Assembly (NCBI GenBank): GCA_964276515.1
Contig: OZ193909.1
Span: 6,448,001 to 6,512,000, forward strand
Length of the DNA: 64,000 bases
Reading direction: 5' to 3'
Source: Gordius albopunctatus
Taxonomy: Eukaryota
The notes under the pieces are model-generated. The model did not search any database. It was given only the letters and a program-made list of their open reading frames with translations, and was not told where the DNA came from. The stretch's first letter is position 1; the number at the start of each line of letters is the position of its first letter. Position numbers and translations under genes: made by a program. Shown here piece after piece: positions 51,946-64,000 of this stretch.

Positions 51946-53150
51946 GGGCAGACCGGGGCTAGTCGTAGCCCGGGGTTACTATTATCTTTCTAATTATTTT
52001 TTAAAATAATAATGATATTAAATCAAAATTTAAACCATTTGTGTATTTTTCCATAAGGCAAAAGTAGAAAAAATTTTGTTTAGAAAAAATAAAATGTAAA
52101 ATTTTTATTGAGAAAAAACGATTTTTCGGGGCTATTAGTAGCCTTTAAAAAAATTTTATTTCGCACATAAAATTTTTTTGCCTGAATATTTTGGATTGAT
52201 TAAACTTTTATCCTATAAAGGGAGATTTTTATATAAAAACCGTCTAATAATTAAATTTTTATATGCAATATAACATCTTAAATTATTGATTGTTTATGAA
52301 AATAGGGGTCGGGGCTAGTCGGAGAGGGGCTATTGCTAGCTATTTTTCATAGTGTCTTACAAATGACAAGATTTAAAAAACAAAAAATTTTGTTTAATAA
52401 TCTAACTTAGTGTTATTTGAAATAAAAATAGACTATGATTATATATTACTGTCATATGTGTCGTATATATCTGTGGTTTGGGGAAAGAGGCGTTGAAGAA
52501 TAGCAGACAGATGCAGAGATATGTACCAGATGCTAGCTAGACGATAGTAGGCGGGAAACAAAGGAAAAACGTAAGGGACGTGGAGGGGAGAATAACAACT
52601 GGCGCAAGGCACATAGAAAGAGAGAGGGTCAGAAACGAAGGAGCGAAAAAATTCATTAATTAATTTTCCTGTGAATAACCCGATTTTGTGATGATAATAA
52701 TTTTTGACGTGGAATAGAACAGATATATAAAAACTTGGAATAAATCTCAGGCACAATAATTACAAAACGATTTTCCATTGCTAAATCCGTCTTTTAAGTG
52801 TTCCTAAGTCAGATTGTCCATCTTGATCCTTTTTTATTTGTTTTATAAAAAAAATAATTATATTACATTTAAATTTTCTACATTTTTTATAATAAAACAA
52901 TATTTTTATTGATTTGAGTTAGCATACACTAATAAGAAGAACGGCTATGACTAGCCCCGGGAATTTTCAAAAATTTTTGGATTTTTTTAAACTTAATTTG
53001 TGAGAAAACTATTAATTATTTTCCTCCAAATTTTTTTCCTATAGTAAAAATAGACCTAAAAATATATTCCAACAAAAAATTGGAAAAATTTTTTTTAGTT
53101 TTTTTAAACGCGATTTAATTTTTTATGGCTAAAGTAGCCCGGGTCTCCTC
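51946..53150. mobile_element. TA-targeting pogo/mariner-type non-autonomous element with a possible solo-LTR insertion (about 52436-52763)
   Basis: TA|GGGCAGACCGGGGCTA...TAGCCCGGGTCTCCTC|TA. A purine-rich insert with TATA-like and AATAAA motifs is absent from the 21677 copy. Confidence 0.8.
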
Positions 53151-55642
53151 TATACTTTGTTTGCTTGGTTTAGAAAATCTAAATCAAATTCTTGGCTACC
53201 TCTGTCTGGTAAAAACGTTAATAATATAGCTTAGCCATCTAATAGGCGCCCTTAATAACCCATCAAGGCATGCAGAACTATAAGGAAAGAGTTTGTGATT
53301 AAATAAATAAATCGTATCTTCTTGGAAAAAATCAGGGATATAACTTAATTAGAGATCATTTACCAAATAAATATATAAATAAAAAGTCCTAAATTCTTAG
53401 ATTTTATCTAAAAAGGGGGTCAAATGTTTGTGTCCTATTGCATATTAGGCATCTGTTACTACCCATCTTAGCCGTCTTAATGTATAATAAATTTAACTGC
53501 CCTGTGTGCAAGGATACAATTATATATTTTTTCACTTAATAATAGATTGCATGTATGTCCTTAATTTATCATATAAATAAACAGAATTACTATAAACATA
53601 AAAAATCTATTTTTAAGAGATTTATTCACATGAGCGCTCCTGTGAATAGATCTCTTAAAATATAAATTTAATAAAAAATTTAAGCTAACTTAGACGTAGC
53701 CTCCTAACTCCTAAGTTTGCACAATAATACTTCGGAAACAATAGTGAAAAATTTAAGGTAAAACCTTAGACAAATAAAAATATTTATAAATTAATCTAGG
53801 CCGGTGACCTATATTAAAATGTAATTCTTACTATATTGGGTTTATATTAAATTTTAATCGCCCATAAATGGGCTTTTTTCTTAAAATATGGATTCTCATA
53901 ATCTGCACTTATTTAGGAACACTTTTAATTGTCACATTCATTCATTTTTACTCATGCTATATTAATTTTAACAATTTGCTCATCTATTTTAATTCCTAGT
54001 ATATGATTTATCACTTATTAAAGTCAACCGATAAATAACCGTTTAAAATATATTATAATGTAATTCATAGCTTTATAGATGCTATAATTAAATTTAATTG
54101 CATCTTAATCGACTTGTGCCAATTTCCAAAAATAAAAATTGGAAGTAGAAAGGACTGTTATTTTATTACACAAAATCCTTAATGCTTAGCATTTATTTTA
54201 TTTTGTTAACGATAACCTCGAAAAAGACTTTTTTACAGCCCCATTTTTGTCCAAAAAATCGTGGTTTAATGTTAAAAAGGGGATGTTGAAAAAATCACAA
54301 CATTTGGTGTTATATTTTCTAATGGGCCGATCTTGGCAGGTGGCCGGGCATGAAGTGCATTAATAAAATACGGACGGGCTTTAAAATTTTCCACGCATGG
54401 GCGGGCCAACTTCCAAAAAACAGCCCGTTGCCGATCTCTCGGGCAGATAATGACTTTTCAATATTAATTTAAGTTTTTTTTATAAATCGCGTATTCTAGG
54501 GCTGTTGTATCAATTTTTAATTGTATCCTCTAAAAGAATGGTTTCAAAATGCAATTTATATTTTGGAAATAAATACAATTAACAAATAGAATTGCGACAG
54601 TATACATTCCGTATAGTATTGTGGGATAATACAAAGGGTTTAATGGGAAAAACCCGAAAAAATTGCAAGGGCATTCAAGCGAAGCTGAGTGGAATAAATT
54701 GGATTGCGTAACGAAAAAGTAAACAATTGACTAATATACTTGAGATTTAATAAATAAGCTATGTGTATGCATACAACAATGAAGTTGTTATATGTAATAT
54801 ATATTATGTTATAATATTAAATTAAATCATTCCTGAAATGGGTAAAAAGGAGCAGAGAGGTCATTTGTATTTGGAGTAGTAGTTGAGAAAATAGGCTCTA
54901 TAGTCTCTCCGAGGTGATCTAAGCTAAATAACATATCATATTTATGACATTTTTGAGGATATGTACACAATTTTGTGAAATCTCGCTATTCAAAAACATA
55001 AGCTCACGATAACATTAGGAAGAAATGTATTCTTAATTTATCATAGTTAACCCAAAATATTGATTTGTAAACAACGAGTGGGGAAGCTAGAGGGGGGAGG
55101 CAACGAAGGCAGTGGGAGCTGAGTAGGCTTAGGGAATCAAGATCACTGACACCTCAACCCCTCTGCCCATCCACTCTCATCCTCCTCAGTCTTGTCCCTC
55201 TAGCTTCACCGCCCAATGTATTGGCACTAACTGGGTATTACAATTATATTAATAAAATCGTACCCATAATCTGGAATAAACCAAAACGGCTATTATATTG
55301 ATTAATTTAGCGGTTTATGAGTTCAAGGAAAAAGGGTTACCAATGAGTTAAATTTTGGTAATCTGCTGGGATTTAGTAAAATTTATAATAAGTTTGGACA
55401 TATCTATAAAAAAAATAGCCGTTGACGACCAAATAATCATTTTATATTTGTGTAATCGAATAAAAAGTTGAAATAACATTTATTAAAAATTTATATTGTA
55501 AAATTGACGTAGATCGGTTTAACGTACTAGAAAAAGAGATTGAGAAAACACGAGAAGTAAGAGAAGCACGTTCACACAACAAACACACAAAAACATTGAA
55601 GAGGATTGACAAGCAGTTATAGTTTATTATTCGCGATGTTAG

Positions 55643-58600
55643 TTAAGGGCACACACGACCGATTGTTATTGACGCCTCGATCTATTAATGTATATTATTG
55701 ATAAATTGCAAAAAATTGGTGTTAGATATTAAAAAAATTAATTATAATATCCATTTTTATATGGGAGAAATATGGCTTAAATATTTTATTTTAAGAATTG
55801 TTGCAAAAATAAACAAAAAATATGGAATAAAGTGAAATGTGCATAAGGTTTTATGATGAATATTTAATCAAAAATTGTGGAAAACAATGAAATAAAACCT
55901 TAAATAGCCCAGCTTTGCGAGGGAAAGACTTGTCATCTGGAAGATCGGGCACTGGGTATATGTAGGCAAATGGCTTTGTCTTAAATACAAAAAAACACAA
56001 TTTTAAATAATAAAATCGAAAACAAAAAAAATTAATTTTAGGTAGTTATAAAAAACCGAGCTATTTAAACTAGTTTTAAAAGTAGCCCACTACTTATAAA
56101 TATCTGCAGGCTTAAAAGAGTATGCTCTGTAACTAACGCCTTTTTAGTAAGTAGCCAATATATTAGTTACCGCTATTAGAAATTAAGTAGCGCGCTACAT
56201 TAAAAATTTTTGACAAATATTGTTAATTTTAAGAATGTCTTCTTTTATTTTGAAAAGTCACTCATAAAATACATAAACTTTAAAAAGGAAGTACATGTAA
56301 GTAGAGTTTGAAAAATAGATATTTAGCTTATGTGAAAAATTGATAATTCAACAGTGTTGCCTACTTAAGTAAAGCGCTATAATATTAGGTCAAACTCAAA
56401 AGCTCAAAAAATACATAGAAATATAAATAAAGATATAAATAAATTCTAGCGCGGTCGCACAGCTCTGAGTGAATTAAACTTAAAATATAAATTATTTAAT
56501 TAAGTCATGGAAAAGCCGTTAATAATTTAATTTTTCACGACCAATTTGTAGTTAATTAAAAGGTTCACAAAATCACCCGTGTAATTTTGTACAATCCGTT
56601 ACAAGTAGAGCCCTGCACGGGGCACCCGAAGCCCGACCCGGTCCCATCGTGTTTCGGGCTGGGCTCGGGCAAAATTTTATAGGCCGGCCCGAATTGAACT
56701 AAAACAAATTAATCTCTTATAAAATAGGATTTAAATAAAATTCGATATTAAATAATTATTTTTCGCACAGCGTACATTATATAGCTTCCAAACTTTATCT
56801 TTTTCTCTTGTCTATTATAATATAACTGACCTGAATTGCAAATCTTATTCTAGTATTTAAATAGATTTATAGTAGCTGTTACAACTTTAGAAATAAGATA
56901 AGTAAATATTTCAAAAGGTTTTTTTTGTTTGAACTGTTAAAAATATATATTATAAAGTTAAATTTTTTTTGCTTAAAATGATTAACCGAATAAATTATAA
57001 CGAGTGAAAAAATTTTTATTTCAAACTTATCCTAGTTGTAAATACGTGTAATAACAATCTAATGCATTTTATATTAAGATGGTGAAATAATTTTCAAAAA
57101 TAAATTCCTCAAAAATTTTATTTAAAAAATCGGGTGGGGCTCGGGTCGGGCCAAAAATAAAAAAATCTTTCGGGATCGGGCCGGGCTCAGCAAAATAAAA
57201 ATTGAGAAGTCGGGCTCGAGCCGGGCTCGGGCAGAAGAACTTTCATTTTGCAGGGCTCTAGTTACAAGTGATCTTAAACCTGTTCATTGCGTTCGTTATA
57301 TATGCACGTTCGTAGATGTTCGGCTATGGCGGCAGAAGAATTTCCATGCAAGTTCCATTCATCGACAGAACTAAAGGATTTGGGGTAAATCCATTTCTAA
57401 ACATTCAAAACATTATAAAAACTTCAAACCATTCAAGATAGCAGGTATATTATGTTTAATATGCACGACATGGAAAAATAAAAGCAAAAATAGGGCGTAT
57501 ATTAGTTTAACATAAAGCAATTGAAATATTTTGTTTAAACAGTGAAATTAAAGGTCGACAAATCAAAACCCAGCCGTTTTTGTAACAATACTGCCACATG
57601 TGCATCCATTGAGACGCCTTTCAGCTATTCGCTTTTAAAAGTGGAGTCCCTGATTAGTATTTCCTTGGTAACGCTAAGAATCTCACAAAAACGCTAAGCT
57701 ATGAAAAATCACTTAAGATCTACATTAAAAACTTTAAAAATCGTTGCTAGGTTAAAGCAAACATAAGCGAGCCGATCCGCATAGATTTTTCGACTACCTT
57801 ATCTACAATTTCCCACCGCGTTTTTCGGATGAGACTAGCTCGCCCCGGCCCACCATTAGGCACTTGATCTCGGCGAATTCCTTCGCTATCAACCGTAAAG
57901 AGATTGGGCCTCAAGGTAGGAACTAAAGTGGAAGCCACTCTGCCCCAGACGGTTAGAACGACACCCTTGGTGGGTAATAGTTTTCGGGCGACGGACAAAA
58001 ATTGCCGGTTGACGAGAGATAAATTGTAAAGACTAAAGGGGTCTAGGCACTGGGCAACGGCACACAGAGTTTCGAAGGGAAGACTAGTGATGTGGGCCGT
58101 ATCGGGCTGACCGGAGACATACAAAATTTCGGGTAAATGAGGTTTGAAGTTTAGGCCGTCGGTCGATAAATTGTAAAGCATATCGCCCGTCGTAAAGCTA
58201 TAAATCAATGAGTGATATTTAAAAACTTAATAACGTTAGTCTTTAAAATTGTTTGAGGGGGGGGGGGGGGTAAAATATTAAATAATAAAGTTTTCGTATT
58301 GTTTAATTATTGCGATCTTTTGAATTTCAAAAGTTGTTGTAAAAGCTTAATGGGATGTTGATTGATATGCCCTAACTTAAATATTTGAAATACCGATGAT
58401 TCCTAAAACGTCAGACCAACATTCACTTAACTTAAATAGAGGGGTTTAGGGCAAATTAACGCAATTTCAATTCAACGATAAATCACCACCATATGTTGCT
58501 TTATCAAAAAAGTGTGTTCACTAACATAGGGGCCTTTCTGTGGATTTTAGGTGGCATCAAGTCCCTGCTGAGGTGGGGAGAACTAACCGGAACAAATCGT

Positions 58601-61600
58601 TGAACCCGAAAAGAACAGCCCCGTTCTCGTAAGGGGCAATGGTGGAGGAGCCATTCGTCAACGTTGCCCTGAAGACGTAGGGATGGCAATACTTTACATT
58701 TTTAATAATATGCATCCGACTAAATGTTGTGAAATGACTATTAAGAGGCAAAATTTTTGAATCCTTATATAAGTAGGAATCATAATTAGACTAAAACTAG
58801 ATTTATTTTGAAATTTTTGTTCTGAGGGGGGGGGAGTAGGCATCACAAATTACCTCCAATTAAAAAGTAAATCATTAGAATTTTCTCCGATTCTAGATTC
58901 GTTTTAAGGGGGCTATTCCTCCCCTCTCCATCTCGGAAAAACCCTAAACTAAAAAATTTGATCGTTTTCGTTTTTTTTCGGGTTGTCTTACTTAATGGTT
59001 TAATTGAATAAAGCTTTAGTGATGCCTGCAGGCGACTAAAAATTCTGCCTATAAGGCCTCAAAGCCAAAATTCTAAGTCAATCCACGCCCATAATAACCT
59101 GGATTTCAGCGTGACAATTTCTGTGGTGATCGGCGAAGGCATCTCGCCTCACGAATTGCGAGCACGTGAAATAGTGTATGGAGCGGGGTTTGAGCAAATA
59201 CCTCGCGTACGAATGGATCCTAGGCTCGTAAAAAGGAGTGACTCTTCCGGATAAATCACGACAGCTAAGATCGTTGGAGGACGAAAGACTCGCTGTGTTA
59301 GAGAAGTCACTGGAGTAGGACTGAAGACGGGTCGTGTTCAACTGTGAAAATATATATTTTGGTTTATAGCTGAATTCCTTAATTAACTTAATGAAATTAA
59401 ATTATAAATGTTTCATTCAATTTTTTATGTGAATATACATTTATAGTCTTTTCATAGGGTTTACGAAAATCCCTCTTATAGCCTGAACTGTTAATAGTAG
59501 TGAAGCCATGTAATTCTGGAATTATAAAAATGAAGCCTTTTGATTGCGCGTGCATATTTCATTCAAAAACTACTCCCCAGCAGTAAGTAATTTCGTGGTA
59601 TCGTGAAAATTGGAAATCAATTATCACAAGAAGAAATAAGTTAAGGGAATAAACAAAAAAAACGTTAAAAGAACATTGGTAAAACCGGGTCGACAGAAGC
59701 GCGCTGATGGCCCGTAAACGACGGCGGTGTTTGTTGATTGGACAATATGCGATCCAGAACCGAATCGGGGATGAGCATGCAGGAGGAGGAAAATCTCCGA
59801 GACTCAACCCCGAAATTATTCGGGTCACCCCTGTGGTTTGTCCTGGCTGGGGGGAATGAGAGAGGTCTCCGATTCAATTTTTCTCTTCTCAAATTACTGT
59901 TAGTTCCACCCTGAGCCAGCAAGTAATCGAAGTAAGATGACAAAGCCGATGATGGTCGGGCATATCTCGCATTATCTTCGCTGCTAGTTACGCTACTTTC
60001 CCTCGAACTCCCTGGGCCGCTGTTCTCACCTTAACAAACACAATGAGTGTGAATAAATTGTGGGGTCCAATAGACGCCATAACATCATGATTCTCACTAG
60101 TGTTGCAAAAACGGGTGGGTTTTGCTTGGTCAACCTTCGGTTTCAGTCGACTAAACATAAGCAAACCAAATGTTTTTTGGTTTCTTTATGTTTAACTAAG
60201 GGGAAAAACCTTTAGTCAAACCAAAGGTCGAACAAACAAATCTCAGGTGTTTTTACAACACTAATTCTCACCATCGCGTAGCTTAGTTATGGTTAGAGCC
60301 CTGCACGGACCGTCCAATTTTAAAACATCGATCGGGCCTCGGGCTTGGATCGGGCCTGATGGGCCAGCCCGACCCGTGGCCCGAGCCCGATAAAAAATTT
60401 GAATAAATATTAATCCAAAATATAATTACAATACAAAATAATGCCCATACAAATAAATATTTAGAATTTTACTACCCCCATATATTAATTTGTTTGATTT
60501 TAAGTTTTTGGATTTAGACGCGTTGCGTGTTTTTAAACCCTATTCTTACATAGAGAATATATTTAGACAATAGACTGTGTTTGTTTTATGTGTATGCCTA
60601 TGATGTTGATATAGTTTTATAATGTTTGTGAGTATGATTTATTAGGGCTAAGTTGTTAGGTTGGGAGAAAGGGAGAGGTTGGATTTGATGTTGAAATTGA
60701 ATCAAGAACGCCACCCCCTACATAATTTTTCAGTATTGTAATATCACAATATCATTCCCATCCCAGCCCATCGGTAAGATATCATTATTTTATTTTTTAA
60801 TTTGCATTAAGCACTTATTATTTTTCTAGATAATATAATGGAGGAAGAGTTTTTAGATTTTAGTAGTTGGGAAGAGCCCAGAATAGATAACGAAGCTGAG
60901 GAAGATGAATTACATAAATATTTAAATACGAATTATATTGATGGTATGGAAGTTTTGGAATGGTGGAAGATGCATCAGAGTGAATTTCATTATTTGAGCA
61001 ATTTGGCTAGAAAGTATTTGGCAATACCTGCTACATCAGCTAGCAGTGAGCAAGCCTTTTCTACAGATAGGCGAGCTTACGAAGAGAGAAGGACTTCGTT
61101 AAAACCCGATAAATTAGACTCCACTTTATTTATTTACCATAATTATTCATATTTTAAATCACATAATATTCGCGATACCTAATATATTTATAAATAAATT
61201 TTTGAAATAAAATTGGTACAAATTTGGGCCGGGCTCGGGTCGGGCCTGAGTGAAAAAAACAAATAGGGCTCGGGTCGGGCTCGGGCAAAAAATAAAAAAT
61301 GTTTCGGGCTCGGACCGATTGCAGGGCTCTAGTTATGGTTCAACTCGGCTCAAACCAAGAAAAAATGGTATTGATGATTGATAGTTAAGTCAACATCTCT
61401 AATAGATGCAGTCATTTGTCCAACCGATTACATTTTGATTTTCAAATTAATATAAAAATTAACCCGAGTCCGACACTAAGTTGAGATGACCCATGCAGTA
61501 GCCTATATGTAACTTCAGGCGCGTAGCCAGGATTTCCTCAAGGGGGAGGAAAAATTCAAACAATTTTCCCACACTTTTATTTATAATGTAACAAAAATGA

Positions 61601-63522
61601 ACTTCCTTCGCGTACAATATATGTGGAACCTCAAGGCGCTATACAACCAGCTTTGAAAATATCTCTTCTCTTCAATAAAATAAGAGCATTTACTTTCGCT
61701 TTTATGCCTTGAGAAGGACATGGACCTTATGCAAGTTACTCGATTGGCAGAAAATATTATCACTTTTAGGTAAAATTAAATAATGGCAGAAAGCAAAGCA
61801 AAATTATATGATGAGTTTGATCTGAAAAAATTCTCAAGTTACTAATAAGCAAAATTATACAACATTTTTTAGTACAGCTAAATGAACGGTGTTTAGATGA
61901 AAAACAAATTTTTCATAATTTACAATCAATGGTGGAAAATTATAATGGTGGCTTTTAGTCGAAAATTTAATTCGAAAAATTGAATGTATATATCATGTTT
62001 CCAGGCTTTTATAAGTGTCTCAAAATCTTTTATGCAACTAAACTAAAATATTTTAACCCATTTAATCTCATTATTAATCAAAAAAAAATTTTCAAATTTT
62101 GGTCAAGAGGGTTGAAAAGTCCCGCTTTCCGTCCCTCTGGCTGCGCGCCTGTGTGACTTGCATTTGTAAATCTCTATATAAGTTACGCGGTCAAATAAAT
62201 AGACCCAGGCTCTAACCATTTTAAACCTTCTTATATATTAAATTCGTAACAATTTGGATTAGAATTGTAATACTTTTACGACCAAATTGTAATAAAAACA
62301 CGTTACTCATTCAGGGTAACCAAAAAACAGCGCATTTGCGCATTTTTTAACGAGTTTTTAGTTTTAAATTAAAGCATAACACCCCCTCGGTTGCTAAAAA
62401 TTAAAAAAAATTTTAGTAAAAGCTGGGTCGTTTTTTGGTTTTACTCGACTAAATAAAACAAAAAAATTTCCAAGCTTAATAACGGTAGCCTGTAACTTCG
62501 AATATCCTTTATTTTAAGAAGCCAGTTATAAACCAATAAATATTTTCACCTTTAAATAAATCACTTTTAAAAACAATCTTAATTATAATTACCGCTCGTA
62601 TTGTTTCCAGTTAAACCTAGCAGGTTATATTCGTTTGACAGGTCAACTTGATCATTAAGGAATTCATCCACAGAATTTTGAGCCAGGGGGTCGCCATTAA
62701 TAGAAGTGTGGTCGGTTGTATCGAAATCAAAGTTGCAAGTATTTGGGGAAGCGCTAAAAGTGCGCGCTGAAAACCGGCGCTCGTCCCTGCGCAAGAGCGC
62801 CAAATCTAAGTAGTCGGCACTATAAGTGGCGTCGCGATGCTCCTTCATTTTCTTTGAACAGAGCGTCCGCTTATCAGTCCGGAGCCGAGAAGCGGAGAAA
62901 TCTAAAAAAATATTATTCGCAATGTGATAATTTATAAGAGGTAATAAATAACATTGTAAAACCATTGCTACAATCATGGGCCTAGCCAGGATTGGAACGA
63001 GAGGAGGGGCAATTATGATTTAGGGAAGGGAGGGGGGGGGGGCAAAATGACAAGTTTTACAAAATTAAGCCACAATTATATGAAATTTTCAAGATGGGTT
63101 TAGAGGGGGTGGCAACGCCCGTGGCTTTAAGTTTATGCCATGGGCGCCCACTAAAATTTGTCGATAGTGATTATATATATAGCTTGAGATAGAGGTATAC
63201 CGTGAACGGAAATTTCGTTGGTATGACCGTTGCTGTTGGTGGGGCGAGAATTCGCCCAAGCCCGACCCGAATAATGAGCAGGACAAGGGAGTTGTGGTTC
63301 TCTGACCACGACGGATCGAGGTTTACACAATTTGCAACGAACGTTTATAGTAACGGGACTCACCGGTCTCCAGTTTATTAATTCCTCGGGGTCAATACTT
63401 ACTTTCAAGGCAGCGACGCAACCTGTTAGATTGAGGGGGGAAGGGGTAGAAGGACTATCCAGGCCCGAATCCTCAGAATCCAGGGCAGAATTGCTAGCCA
63501 TCGGGCTCACCAGCTTTCTCAC
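55643..63522 (-). CDS. FBXO30/40: FBXO30/FBXO40-like F-box protein; 5' exons probably beyond the window; last exon ambiguous
   Basis: Phase-consistent exons 63201-63522, 62593-62901, 59686-60029, 59099-59341, 58526-58668, 57798-58197, 57280-57396, 55899-55979, then e.g. 55643-55681. Family-typical motifs YLDLALLRRD, ARYLLKPRSIHYFTCSQFVRRDAF..H..CHAEI, WL..HCPL..GC, F-box ITSLPFETL..LDPFSL, and SSVDEW..AEHLRTC.YN. Confidence 0.88.
56606..57260. mobile_element. hAT MITE in an F-box gene intron
   Basis: TIR TAGAGCCCTGCA...TGCAGGGCTCTA, perfect TSD GTTACAAG. Confidence 0.92.
60098..60263. mobile_element. hAT-type MITE (TAGTGTTG family)
   Basis: TIR TAGTGTTG..CAACACTA, perfect TSD ATTCTCAC. Confidence 0.88.
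60294..61331 (+). mobile_element. Ds-like hAT element retaining only the dimerization-domain ORF (60838-61182)
   Basis: TIR TAGAGCCCTGCA, perfect TSD GTTATGGT. VLEWWK..LSNLARKYLAIPATSASSEQAFS..ERRTSL. Confidence 0.92.
61516..62151. mobile_element. hAT-type MITE (CAGGCGCGTAGCCAG)
   Basis: TIR CAGGCGCGTAGCCAG...CTGGCTGCGCGCCTG, TSD TGTAACTT/TGTGACTT. Confidence 0.8.
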
Positions 63523-64000
63523 CTAAGGCAATGGAGTGAATCTATTATATAACACCTTGGGCCCCGACTCAATATTGGTTTAAAAAATTTTAAAGCGGCA
63601 AATTTTTTTGTATAATAACACAAACGTCCGCGACAGATTTTAACTCTACCCAACCATATAGAAATTTTGTTTTTTCCCCATACTAGAAACTTATTAATAA
63701 ACCCGAGCCCACTTATGCTTTATTCTTGAAACCCACCCGATACAAACTTTTTAATTCATACTTGTCAAAACCATACTAAATGATTTCGCAGAACTCTTAT
63801 AGATGAAATTATTAAAATGCTAAAATGAAATAGGGCAGAACTAATATATGTTAAATTAATCGACCATAGGTGTGTGTGTACTTTTTAAAATTTTTATTAG
63901 TATAGTAAAAAAAAGCTTGGGGTTTTTAAACTGCTTAACTGCTCGTAAAAAAAGTAGCCTTCAAAGAGCCATTCAATTGTTTTTCACGAAAAATGCTTCT

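Overview
Very AT-rich, transposon-dense eukaryotic DNA, probably from an invertebrate animal. I found no prokaryotic operons, rRNA, intact tRNA or CRISPR arrays. Three spliced host genes can be assembled by hand: an MSL1-like PEHE-domain gene (minus, 25638-27056), a complete 8-exon canonical Ras GTPase (plus, 43295-45108, 185 aa, polybasic tail ending CCLM), and a 5'-incomplete FBXO30/FBXO40-like F-box gene (minus, about 55643-63522, with several candidate last exons). The rest is mostly mobile DNA: an intron-rich MULE transposase, many hAT elements and MITEs (several with 8-bp TSDs, some nested), TA-targeting MITEs, Helitrons including a head-to-tail array, an RTE-like LINE, a Gypsy 3' LTR remnant, an apparently open intron-containing Ginger/GIN-type integrase, THAP exon repeats and a foldback element. 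The most unusual items are a degraded RT-RNase H element with hepadnavirus/HEART-like motifs (41654-42870), 34-43 nt introns in transposases, an MSL1 with no obvious MSL2-binding coiled coil, and a Ras gene whose immediate upstream region is a MITE. All exon models and family assignments come from reading the sequence and recalling motifs, not from database searches.
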